DNA of 37,049 nucleotides from Octopus bimaculoides. Its lineage: Eukaryota. How positions within the stretch are numbered: the stretch's first letter is position 1; the number at the start of each line of letters is the position of its first letter. Position numbers and translations under genes: made by a program. Location: contig NC_068999.1 of NCBI RefSeq assembly GCF_001194135.2, positions 44,399,912 to 44,436,960 on the forward strand, given 5' to 3'. The notes under the pieces were generated by a model, which worked only from the letters and a program-made list of their open reading frames with translations, searched no databases and was not told where the DNA came from. Of this stretch, positions 24,312 through 34,835 are shown piece by piece.

Positions 24312-26539
24312 TATATATTTTCTGTTAGTGTAGCTGCAGTAATTTTAGTGGTTGAAATCTCTTTTCAGTTTATGTTTTCCAGGCCCCTTTTTAATTTTCC
24401 TTTTTTTCCTTCATTCTGTTTTTTTTTTCCCCCTTTTCGTAATTCTTGTGATCAACACATTCTGATAACAAGCTGAAAGTATGAAGATATATCCAAAAGA
24501 TTCTCATTTTACGAATAGTTTGGCAACAAAAAAACGCTAGCAATCTTCGATAATGAGTCATTGAAGATTTGTAATTGGTCGCAAAATGGCACACAACATT
24601 CAGTTTTTATTTTCATATTTATTTCTTGTTTTCATTTCTTACATGTAATTTGTTAGCTAATGTCATAAACAGAGGAACAATTATATAGCTTTCTTATTTT
24701 CCATCGGAAAATAATATTAATACGAGCTCAATATCATAAAGTATGTCGTGTTTTGTGTGGTGAAAATAAGTATAGAATGCAACGATACATCAGTTTGTCT
24801 TATATTATACCGTGATGTGAAACTATCTTTATTGCATTCAAGTAGTAAACGAAGGACGTTCGTTTGGAAAACAGCGACGGAGGGAAAAAAAATTCCATGT
24901 CCATCGAATTCTAATATTTCGGCATTTCTCTCTGAAGCTGCATTTAATGCAGAATATCTGTGCATTTGGAATAGCAGTATAAACACTAATGAAGCTTCAT
25001 ATACTAACGATGATGAGAGAAGACGCATTGTAATACTTCTCACCTCATTGAAGACGATGAAACACTTCTAAAGCAACTTGAATCAAACTACACTGCTATA
25101 GAAGAGTAATTAAATATAGCGACATGTGATTGCTCCGTTGTTTTCAGCAGTGAATAACATCATTTCAGTCGCTTAAATAGAAAACTAGAAATTAGTGAAG
25201 CATAATTAAGCGTCGCTTTCTACCATTATAGATAGTTATTCTGGAGACCTAAATACAACAGCTTATATTTGTCTTCCATAAATTATATCTGCTGTCCTTA
25301 TTTCAAATCTAAACCACTCTTTAGTTTTTGTTATTGCTTTTTGCGATGTTTAGTCTCTACTCAGATCCATGATTACATGCGTTACAGCCTTCATTTTAAT
25401 TGCAGGGTTTTTGATTTGGAGGGGATTTCAGTGCTATCACTAACAGGTCTAGTAGCTATGTAAAAGTTCCGTTGTTGGATGACGTTACAATTGCTAGTAT
25501 AACACATTACGAAGAAGGGAGTTGGATACGCGGAATACAAGCTTAGGACAGTTTGAATCTCTGCTCTTAGTGGGCATAGCATATAATTACATATATATGT
25601 ATATGTTCGAGTGGGTACTGAAATGTTCCTGGCTTTGGGTAAAACATAATACAGGAGGGTCAGTTAATTATACTTTCATTCGACGTATTCCCCTCTCAGA
25701 TTCACACACTTATTACAGCGGCTGTTCAGTTTTTCTAAGCCCTGTAAAAGAAGTCGGAAGATCGGGACTCCGATCAGGCCTTTTGCGATACCATCAAACC
25801 CAGGAACGTTTCACCCCCCCCCTGGTATAGATAGATAGATAGATAGATAGATAGATTGATTTTACGTGTATGAGAAAGGGGTAAGTAGATTGCATAGGGA
25901 CACACACATATTAAACACATAGAACCATAACAGCATATGTTGATACGTTGAATAACTTTGAATAGATGTTCACGTAACAGAACTGAAATATATATCACAC
26001 ACAGCGCTATACACATGAATATATTATGCATACTTATATCCATATAAACTGCATACACGCGCGCGCTCAAACACACACGCATACACAAACATACGCACGC
26101 ACACACAAACGTGAATGCAACCACGTGCTTATGTATTGTGGTATATTCGTGCGTGTCTTTCCCTGCAAACGTGTATATTTGCGTGAGTGTTTGTGTATGC
26201 GCTTTTGCATGTGTATGCATGTGTATTTTTATGTTTGTGTGTGTGAGAGAGAGATAGCGAGAGTGAGAAAGTGAGAGAGGGATATGCTTGCGTGCGTGTG
26301 TGTGTGTGTGTGTGCGTGTGTGTGTGTGTGTGTATGCATTATGTGGAAGCTGAAGAAAATTTGTAGATAGATATGTTTTATAAATTGCAAAAATGTTTCC
26401 TTTGATACACTCAAAAAAGCAATTATCTTAAAAGTCTCTGTAGCATTTGAATCCTCTTTTTCATATAATTTCCATATCATTTTCCTGATACCAGTAACTG
26501 TATATGGTACAATAGCAACAGTAGAAATCATCAAACAAG

Positions 26540-26589
<50 letters not shown>

Positions 26590-27295
26590 CATTATGTTGT
26601 ATTANNNNNNNNNNNNNNNNNNNNNNNNNNNNNNNNNNNNNNNNNNNNNNNNNNNNNNNNNNNNNNNNNNNNNNNNNNNNNNNNNNNNNNNNNNNNNNNN
26701 NNNNNNNNNNNNNNNNNNNNNNNNNNNNNNNNNNNNNNNNNNNNNNNNNNNNNNNNNNNNNNNNNNNNNNNNNNNNNNNNNNNNNNNNNNNNNNNNNNNN
26801 NNNNNNNNNNNNNNNNNNNNNNNNNNNNNNNNNNNNNNNNNNNNNNNNNNNNNNNNNNNNNNNNNNNNNNNNNNNNNNNNNNNNNNNNNNNNNNNNNNNN
26901 NNNNNNNNNNNNNNNNNNNNNNNNNNNNNNNNNNNNNNNNNNNNNNNNNNNNNNNNNNNNNNNNNNNNNNNNNNNNNNNNNNNNNNNNNNNNNNNNNNNN
27001 NNNNNNNNNNNNNNNNNNNNNNNNNNNNNNNNNNNNNNNNNNNNNNNNNNNNNNNNNNNNNNNNNNNNNNNNNNNNNNNNNNNNNNNNNNNNNNNNNNNN
27101 NNNNNNNNNNNNNNNNNNNNNNNNNNNNNNNNNNNNNNNNNNNNNNNNNNNNNNNNNNNNNNNNNTATATATACGTATACATATATACATATACATATAT
27201 GTTTATGTATGTATATGCGTGTATATGTACACAGACATATATACATATATATACACACCCATATATGTACGTACATAACGACATTCCTTTGTATG

Positions 27296-27336
<41 letters not shown>

Positions 27337-27886
27337 CATTATGTTGTATTATATTATGTTATATTATATTATGAAAGATATATAATCCATTTCCTTTGCT
27401 ATTTAAAGGATTAGATGAATACCTGTATAACTTAGAAGAGATTATTAAACGAAATAGAATCTAAGCGAGTAACTTATATATCCGGATAGATAACCTAGTT
27501 ATTCGACTACATCGAAATTGTATTTTCAAAATTATATTTCAAATATTCATTGGTAATTTCGAAATTGTATTTCTGATTTATCAATATTTCTGAGCTGTTC
27601 GTGGGCGGTGATTTGGTAGAATCTGTAGCGTTCAAATCCCAGTGGGAGCAACTACGTCTTGCCTTTTCATCGTTCTCAAATTCTATAAAATAAAGCAAGA
27701 TTCAAAGTACCAGAATCGATAAAATCGATTATATGCCTCTCTTAAGTTTCAGGTATTTTGTATATCTCTGAATTATTTCTGTTTGTGTTGTTGACAAGAC
27801 GTTAGATAAACCGAATAGAGAATAGAGTCCTTGTAGTATTATTTCACTCCTTTAAGACTGGCTGAAACGTAAGCAAGCTGGGGCAG

Positions 27887-28065
27887 TGCTTAGTCTTATT
27901 TCGTCCGTCTTTACGTTCTGAGTTCTAATTCTGCCGGGGTCGACTTTTCCTTTCATCCTTTCAGGGTCGATTAAATATGTACCGGTTGAACACTGGCGTC
28001 GAGGTAATCGACTGGCCGCCTCACCCGAAATTATTGGCCTTTAACCAAAATTTAAAATCATTATT
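27887..28065 (+). mobile_element. SINE family A, 5'-truncated, tail type 2
   Basis: TTTCGTCCGTCTTTACGTTCTGAGTTCTAATTCTGCCGGGGTCGACTTTTCCTTTCATCCTTTCAGGGTCGATTAAATATGTACC...AAATTATTGGCCTTTAACCAAAATTT. Confidence 0.88.
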
Positions 28066-28090
28066 AAACTTCTTTAGGGCCACTTGCCCT

Positions 28091-28188
28091 CAGAATCGTT
28101 AGAATATTTAGCAAAATGATTAGTAATATTTTTTCTGGCTCTTTACATTCCGAGTTCAAAATCTGCCGGGGTCAGCTTTACCTTTCAC
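28091..28188 (+). mobile_element. SINE family A, 3'-truncated, ending in a fold-back palindrome
   Basis: CAGAATCGTTAG...CTTTACATTCCGAGTTCAAAATCTGCCGGGGTCAGCTTTACCTTTCA, followed by an inverted copy of its last 22 nt. Confidence 0.75.
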
Positions 28189-28212
28189 CTGTGAAAGGTA
28201 AAGCTGACCCCG

Positions 28213-28485
28213 ATCATAAAGTTGTGAGTTCAAATCCTGGCGATGCGTTGTGTCCTTGAGCAAGACACTTTATTTCACGTTGCTCTAGTCCACTCATCTA
28301 GCAAAAATGAGTAGTACCTATATTTCAAAATGGGTCAGCCTTGTCACGCTTAATCTCCCTGAGAACTACATTAAGGGTACATGTATCTGTGGAGTGCTCA
28401 GCCACTTGCATATTAATTCTATGAGCAGGCTTTTCCGTTGATTGGATCAACTGGAAATATCGTCGTTGTAACCGACGGAGTGGCA
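28213..28485 (+). mobile_element. SINE family C
   Basis: GTTGTGAGTTCAAATCC (B-box-like) ...GCGTTGTGTCCTTGAGCAAGACACTTTATTTCACGTTGCTCTAGTCCACTCA...CGTCGTTGTAACCGACGGAGTGGCA; the 5' part matches 14121-14272 (-). Confidence 0.85.
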
Positions 28486-28564
28486 CAAGTCAACTACTGA
28501 TATCGAACCATTGAACTTCACTCTCACAGTAATTGCTGACCTTGTACTAAAATTTTAAATACTT

Positions 28565-28725
28565 AAAGTGGTGAAGTGGCGTCGAACATAATGCTTAGCA
28601 GCACTTCGTCCCAAATCTTTTAAATTCTGCCAGGTTGGAGGTCAATAAAATAAGGTACTAGTTTCAGTCCTTCGGCTGATGTAATCCACTTGTCTTATCT
28701 CCCCAAGCTTGCTGGCCTTGAAACC
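28565..28725 (+). mobile_element. SINE family A, old and internally deleted
   Basis: AATGCTTAGCAGCACTTCGTCC...AAATTCTGCC...GGTCAATAAAATAAGGTACTAG...GATGTAATCCACTT...CTTGCTGGCCTTG; motif order is preserved. Confidence 0.6.
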
Positions 28726-28860
28726 CGCAACAGACCGGCATCCATTTTTAGATGGAAAATTATCTTTGTTAAAATTGCGCTGAGGACGATTTTATTTTTC
28801 CTCTCCTCCTTTTCGAATCGACGAAGAACCGGTTGAGTGCCAATATAATCCACTTCTAAT

Positions 28861-29094
28861 GCGGCGAGATGGCAGAATCGTTAGCATGGAGGGCGAAATA
28901 CTCAGCGGTATTTCGCCTGTCTTTACGTTCTGAGTTCAAATTCCGCCGAGGTCGACTTTGCCTTTCGTCCTTTCGGGGTCGATAAATTAATTACCAGTTA
29001 CACACTGGAGTCAATGTAATCGACTTAATCCTTTTGTCTGTCCTTGTTTGTCCCCTCTATGTTTAGCCCCTTGTGGGCAATAAAGAAATAAGAA
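28861..29094 (+). mobile_element. SINE family A, full length, tail type 1
   Basis: GCGGCGAGATGGCAGAATCGTTAGC (A-box-like), GAGTTCAAATTCC (B-box-like), GCCTTTCGTCCTTTCGGGGTCGATAAATTAATTACCAG, tail GTTTAGCCCCTTGTGGGCAATAAAGAAATAAGAA. Confidence 0.93.
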
Positions 29095-29969
29095 TTAGTA
29101 CCAGCCTTTACAGAGTGGTACAGGGATCCATTTGCCCTACTAAACCCGTCAAATCATTGCTACTGAATGGCCACAATCCAATGACCGAAACAAATAAAAT
29201 AAACTTCTAAAAGAAAGTTTGGTCAAATTACAAATTTATTTACATATTGCTGCTATTTCTAGCAGGATCCGGTACCACTTAGACACCACGCCATCATTGA
29301 AATTTGAGATACTCAGTGCGTCGTCATTTCAAATTATATGCATTGGTATCGATCATTTGATTGCATTTATCAAATCTTAAGTATAGATTTCGTTGTATCG
29401 AACTATTTTATAAATCCATTTAATGTAATGAAATAAGGTCGTTGTGCACGCGCACGTATCTGTGCTGAAGAAATGTATAAATGTGCACGTATGCGTGCAT
29501 CTATTTATGTGTGGCTTGGTAAATGTGAGCAAACATGATTTGCCAATTTCTTTATGTCTGTGTGCGTGTGTGTGCGAGAGAGAGATAGACAGAGAGAGAG
29601 ACAGAGAGAAAGCGACAGAGAGTGTTAGGATTTACCTAACATTAAGTAGACAGCGGAATTAGAAGTTGAACACCATCTGAATAACTAAATATATCCGGCA
29701 TTATAACCATACGATGTGCATATCTGTATTCCGCGTGTGTCATGTACATACACAAACTCACATACACACAAACAAAACGCAAACACACACACACGCACAT
29801 ACGTACATACATACATACATGCATACATACACACACACGTTCATATACGTACTTATAGATATGTGTATGCATACGTATATAGGTATATTTATGATATGCA
29901 ATTCGTTTTGCACAAAAATATATTAACACACACACACACACACATATATATACATATATATATATGTTA

Positions 29970-30013
<44 letters not shown>

Positions 30014-30905
30014 NNNNNNNNNNNNNNNNNNNNNNNNNNNNNNNNNNNNNNNNNNNNNNNNNNNNNNNNNNNNNNNNNNNNNNNNNNNNNNNNNNNNNNN
30101 NNNNNNNNNNNNNNNNNNNNNNNNNNNNNNNNNNNNNNNNNNNNNNNNNNNNNNNNNNNNNNNNNNNNNNNNNNNNNNNNNNNNNNNNNNNNNNNNNNNN
30201 NNNNNNNNNNNNNNNNNNNNNNNNNNNNNNNNNNNNNNNNNNNNNNNNNNNNNNNNNNNNNNNNNNNNNNNNNNNNNNNNNNNNNNNNNNNNNNNNNNNN
30301 NNNNNNNNNNNNNNNNNNNNNNNNNNNNNNNNNNNNNNNNNNNNNNNNNNNNNNNNNNNNNNNNNNNNNNNNNNNNNNNNNNNNNNNNNNNNNNNNTATA
30401 TATATATATATATATTACATGCATACCAACATATTCGTGTATCGTGCATGTACGTGAGAATACGCACTTATTTAAACTTTCGAGATAATTCCTTCCATTT
30501 CATGAATTCTTCCTTGTTGTACTTTCTTATTTGTACCTGAGGTTGCCCGAGTCGTCCATTTCCCACCTATGACTTATGAGTCACCTACTGCGTTTTTCCC
30601 TTAGGCCACCCTAAAGAAAAGGAAGATTCCACTACAGGAATTTATTTCAATAGATTTCTCTTGTGAACACATATTTCGCCTCTGTACGTAAAAAAGGGGT
30701 TCTGACAATGCATGTGACTATGAAGACAGGAAACCATATGTGTGTATGCTTGTCAGTGTGTGAGTGTGTGTGAGTGTATGTATATGTGTGTGTGTGTGCT
30801 GTACTCTGCATACTTACACATACACATACACACTTACACATATATTTATATATATACATAACACACTTCACACAACCATGCACATACAGAAATACATACA
30901 TACAA

Positions 30906-30948
<43 letters not shown>

Positions 30949-31093
30949 CAAATAGTTATATATACATGCATACATCTGTATGCATGTATGTATATTTTAT
31001 GTCTATGCAACTATAGATAAATGATATATGCCTATGGTATATAATGCTTCCCAAATATTGAGTCAGTTTAAAGACTTTTAATATCTATATATA

Positions 31094-31140
31094 CAGTACC
31101 GTGCAAACAGGTTCGCCCACTTTAAACTTTTGTAACTTTC
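31094..31140 (+). mobile_element. Possible Tc1/mariner-type terminal sequence
   Basis: TA|CAGTACCGTGCAAACAGGTTCGCCCACTTTAAACTTT resembles Tc1-like termini (TA target followed by CAGT...GCAAA...TTCG.CC). No inverted partner was found. Confidence 0.25.
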
Positions 31141-31295
31141 TACTAATCGCCAGCTTATAAGTGGATGTTTCGCATTGCATTTTTTACAGAAGAAACATTG
31201 GCCCTGTTGGAGTTATTTCCATACCTCATCATTATATTTTTTGTAGGAGTTGTGAATGAGAGCCCACCACCAGAAATGGCCATGCAAAATTTTTC

Positions 31296-31650
31296 GGCCA
31301 CATTGTCATGGTGACGTTTATATTCACGTTGTGCCAATTTCGGGCATTCGCTAACGATGTGCCATACCTTTTCACCCCACTCACGGCACATTCTGCATTT
31401 GTCGCTATCGGTAGTGTTATGTATTCTGCTCTTCATACAATTGGTCCTTAACGCTTGTTCCTGAGCTGCGCATATGAGTGCTTCTGTCTCTATCTTCAGA
31501 TCACGCCTCCTCCTCCACAGCCACCGGTCCTCTGTATTTGTCTTGGAGTTTACATCTCTTGCAAACTGAGGACCTTAATGCGCCTCCCATTTTTGGGAGT
31601 TTTGTTCAATTTTAATTGTTATTTATATTGTTTACACGCGGTCTTCGTTT
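31296..31650 (-). mobile_element. Degenerate R4/Dong-type non-LTR retrotransposon fragment: post-RT linker and CCHC zinc knuckle
   Basis: Minus frame open over 31571-31296 reads GPQFARDVNSKTNTEDRWLWRRRDLKIETEALICAAQEQALRTNCMKSRIHNTTDSDKCRMCREWGEKVWHIVSECPKLAQREYKRHHDNVA. ETE..I.AAQEQAL.T, CxxC-x8-H-x4-C and Y..RHD.VA are hallmark motifs of RLE-bearing R4-clade ORFs. A stop lies at 31572-31574. Confidence 0.9.
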
Positions 31651-31720
31651 CATTTCTCAGCATTTTGCTTAAAATCCACCTTGTCTATCATCTGCATTTA
31701 CATCCATATCTTTCGCAGCA

Positions 31721-31972
31721 TATTGAACCCAATGCTCTGATGACAATAGGGATAACCTTTATGTTCGACTCTCGTAGCTGCTACATCTTAGCGATCTTAA
31801 TTCTCGTGTCCCCATATTTATCAACATTTTCTATTTCTTTCATAATGATATATTGATCTCATGGCACTACCACGTCGATTATTACGCACTCTTACTTGTC
31901 CCTTGTTTTCCCTTCTAAAGGTTACTATATCTGACCTTCGGTGCTCTAACACCTTGTCTGTCTCATTATCGT
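31721..31972 (-). mobile_element. Degenerate R4/Dong-type fragment: restriction-like (PD-D/ExK) endonuclease domain
   Basis: ETDKVLEHRRSDIVTFRRENK / frameshift / ECVIIDVVVP*DQYIIMKEIENVDKYGDTRIKIAKM*QLRESNIKVIPIVIRALGSI matches the RLE pattern TD....RRPDIV...IIDVAVP...K..KY..L...KVVPIVIGALG, with two stops and one frameshift. Confidence 0.88.
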
Positions 31973-31984
31973 TAAGTCGGGTAC

Positions 31985-32195
31985 CTGGCAGAATCGTTAG
32001 CACGCTGAAGAAAAATCGTAGTCGTGTTACGACCGTCGCTACGTTGTGAGTTCAAATTTCGCCGAGGTTGACTTTGCCTTTCATCTTTTCGGGGTCCGAC
32101 ATATTAAGTACCAGTGAAATACTGGTGTCGATGTAATCAACTAGCCCCTACCCCATAAGATTGGAGGCCTTGTGCATTTAACAGAAAGGATTATT
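31985..32195 (+). mobile_element. SINE family A, tail type 2
   Basis: CTGGCAGAATCGTTAGCACGC...GAGTTCAAATTTCGCCGAGGTTGACTTTGCCTTTCATCTTTTCGGGGTC...ATTAAGTACCAG...GATGTAATCAACT...GGCCTTGTGCATTTAACAGAAAGGATTATT; abuts the LINE RLE fragment. Confidence 0.9.
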
Positions 32196-32579
32196 ATATC
32201 ATTATCATCAACATTATTATCATCGTCGTCGTCCTCGTCATAATCACCATCATCGGCATGGCCATCATCATCATCAGCATCGTCATCAGATTCTTCATTA
32301 TTATTGCTTTTATTACTATTTTATCATTGTTGCTTTTGCTGTTTTTCTTATTTGTTGTTTTTTTTGTTCTTTCGGTCATATATTTATATATTGCATTTCT
32401 TTGTGGTTTTCTGTTTTTTTTATATATATTTCTTTTTTTTACTTCCTTCCCTTTGAAGTTGCGATAATCGATACGATTGTCTGAAAGCTATCTTAATTAA
32501 TGAAAAAAGTTTCTTAGACTAACTTACCTTAAAAACAGGAGACACTTGTGTTGCATAGCTACGGGAAATATCTGTACTA

Positions 32580-32621
<42 letters not shown>

Positions 32622-33700
32622 ACACACACACAAAACATGCACACACACGCATAGACATACATACATATAAAAGCACACATAGACACCCATATACTCGCAT
32701 ATACACACATATACACGCATAGACACACATATACTCACATATACTCGCATACACACACATATGCACAGACGCACCCATATNNNNNNNNNNNNNNNNNNNN
32801 NNNNNNNNNNNNNNNNNNNNNNNNNNNNNNNNNNNNNNNNNNNNNNNNNNNNNNNNNNNNNNNNNNNNNNNNNNNNNNNNNNNNNNNNNNNNNNNNNNNN
32901 NNNNNNNNNNNNNNNNNNNNNNNNNNNNNNNNNNNNNNNNNNNNNNNNNNNNNNNNNNNNNNNNNNNNNNNNNNNNNNNNNNNNNNNNNNNNNNNNNNNN
33001 NNNNNNNNNNNNNNNNNNNNNNNNNNNNNNNNNNNNNNNNNNNNNNNNNNNNNNNNNNNNNNNNNNNNNNNNNNNNNNNNNNNNNNNNNNNNNNNNNNNN
33101 NNNNNNNNNNNNNNNNNNNATATATATATATATATATATATACCTACATATATATTCATATGCTTAAATGCATGTATATACGTTCACACATAAATGCATA
33201 CATGTGCATTCACATATGTTTGGGCATAAGCCATCTCAGATAAAAGGAACGATGGAGAAAGAAACAGCCCAACGCTGAAGGACTCCTTAGTGGTTTTGCC
33301 TGTAGCAAAATGTCGACAATGAAATCATGAGTTTTAGACTACGATAAAACCACCATTCACTGTGGCTGTAATACGTTCAGATATTATATGTTACGTCTGC
33401 TGACGTTGTCTGGATTCCTACAGTTCATGCCGCCATTGTTGTTTATGTCGCTAGTAATGACGGTGCTATGTTTCTTTTTTTTATGGTGGTGGTGTTGGTG
33501 TTAGTGTTGTTGTTGTTGGTGGTGGTGGTTGTGGTTGTGGTTGTGGTTGTGGTGCTGGTAATGATGATTCCGTTGTACATGTAGATGGTTTTGCCGTCGT
33601 CGCTTTCCTTATTCTTACCTTGCTTTGCTTCCTGCTCTGCGTCTATTGTGCTTTCCTAGCCGCTCTTTTTCTTCTCGTCACGTCTTTCACCATCGTACTG

Positions 33701-33770
<70 letters not shown>

Positions 33771-33823
33771 TTATTATTATTATTATTATTATTATTATTG
33801 TTATTATGATTATTATTATTATT
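33701..33823. repeat. (AAT)n directly followed by (ATT)n
   Basis: AAT run at 33701-33768, a single G, then ATT runs from 33770 to 33823. Confidence 0.95.
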
Positions 33824-33963
33824 TTAATATCATCATTATCATCACCGTCATCATAGTCGGCATTGTTCATGGTTTGGGAAATGCATCGAGGTTTTCATTA
33901 ATAAACCAAGAATAAGGTATACGATGGAAAATACCCTAGACATTATTATTTTTGTTGTTGTAC

Positions 33964-34086
<123 letters not shown>

Positions 34087-34491
34087 TCATCATAGTCATC
34101 ATTATTATAATTATTCTTAAGATCGTTATTATTATCGTCGTCATCATCATCATCATCATCCCGGCCATCGTTATCATCTCTCCCTCATTATATATATNNN
34201 NNNNNNNNNNNNNNNNNNNNNNNNNNNNNNNNNNNNNNNNNNNNNNNNNNNNNNNNNNNNNNNNNNNNNNNNNNNNNNNNNNNNNNNNNNNNNNNNNNNN
34301 NNNNNNNNNNNNNNNNNNNNNNNNNNNNNNNNNNNNNNNNNNNNNNNNNNNNNNNNNNNNNNNNNNNNNNNNNNNNNNNNNNNNNNNNNNNNNNNNNNNN
34401 NNNNNNNNNNNNNNNNNNNNNNNNNNNNNNNNNNNNNNNNNNNNNNNNNNNTATATAATCTTCCAAATCTAGTTAGAAACCTCTGGACAGC

Positions 34492-34575
34492 ATGTGGTTA
34501 TAGTAGAAGACACTTACCCAAGGTGCCATGCAGTGGGACCGAGGAATTAAATCGCCATGTGATTGTGAAAGAAGC
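34492..34575 (-). mobile_element. SINE family B, 5' fragment
   Basis: Reverse complement GGTCCCACTGCATGGCACCTTGGGTAAGTGTCTTCTACTATAACC matches 18637-18660 and the 7309 copy. Confidence 0.8.
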
Positions 34576-34671
34576 CAATTTCCATAAAATAACACCAATT
34601 TCAATCAGAAGGAAATGACACTAAACATGATTACATACGACTACAGATTTTAAGAGCTTTGTAATATCTTT

Positions 34672-34835
34672 CTTTTGTCATTTACTTGTTTCAGTCACTG
34701 GACTACAGCCATGCAGCCGCACCGCCTTGGAGATCCTTTAGTTGAACGAGTCGACCCCAGTATGTTTTTTGTTGAGCCTTTCGTTCTTTTTTGCCAAATC
34801 GCTTTGTTACGGACGCGTAAACAAACTGGTTCTCA
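34672..34835 (-). mobile_element. SINE family B, 3' fragment
   Basis: Reverse complement TTTACGCGTCCGTAAC...GATTTGGCAAAAAAGA...CTGGGGTCGACTCGTTCAACTAAAGG...AAGGCGGTGCGGCTGCATGGCTGTAGTCCAGTGACTGAAACAAGTAAA matches 18841-18986. Confidence 0.82.

Noticed and set aside
26560-27350. TATATATAACATTATGTTGTATTA repeated on both sides of a gap
   Set aside because: Probably a collapsed minisatellite or scaffolding artefact; it cannot be interpreted across the Ns.
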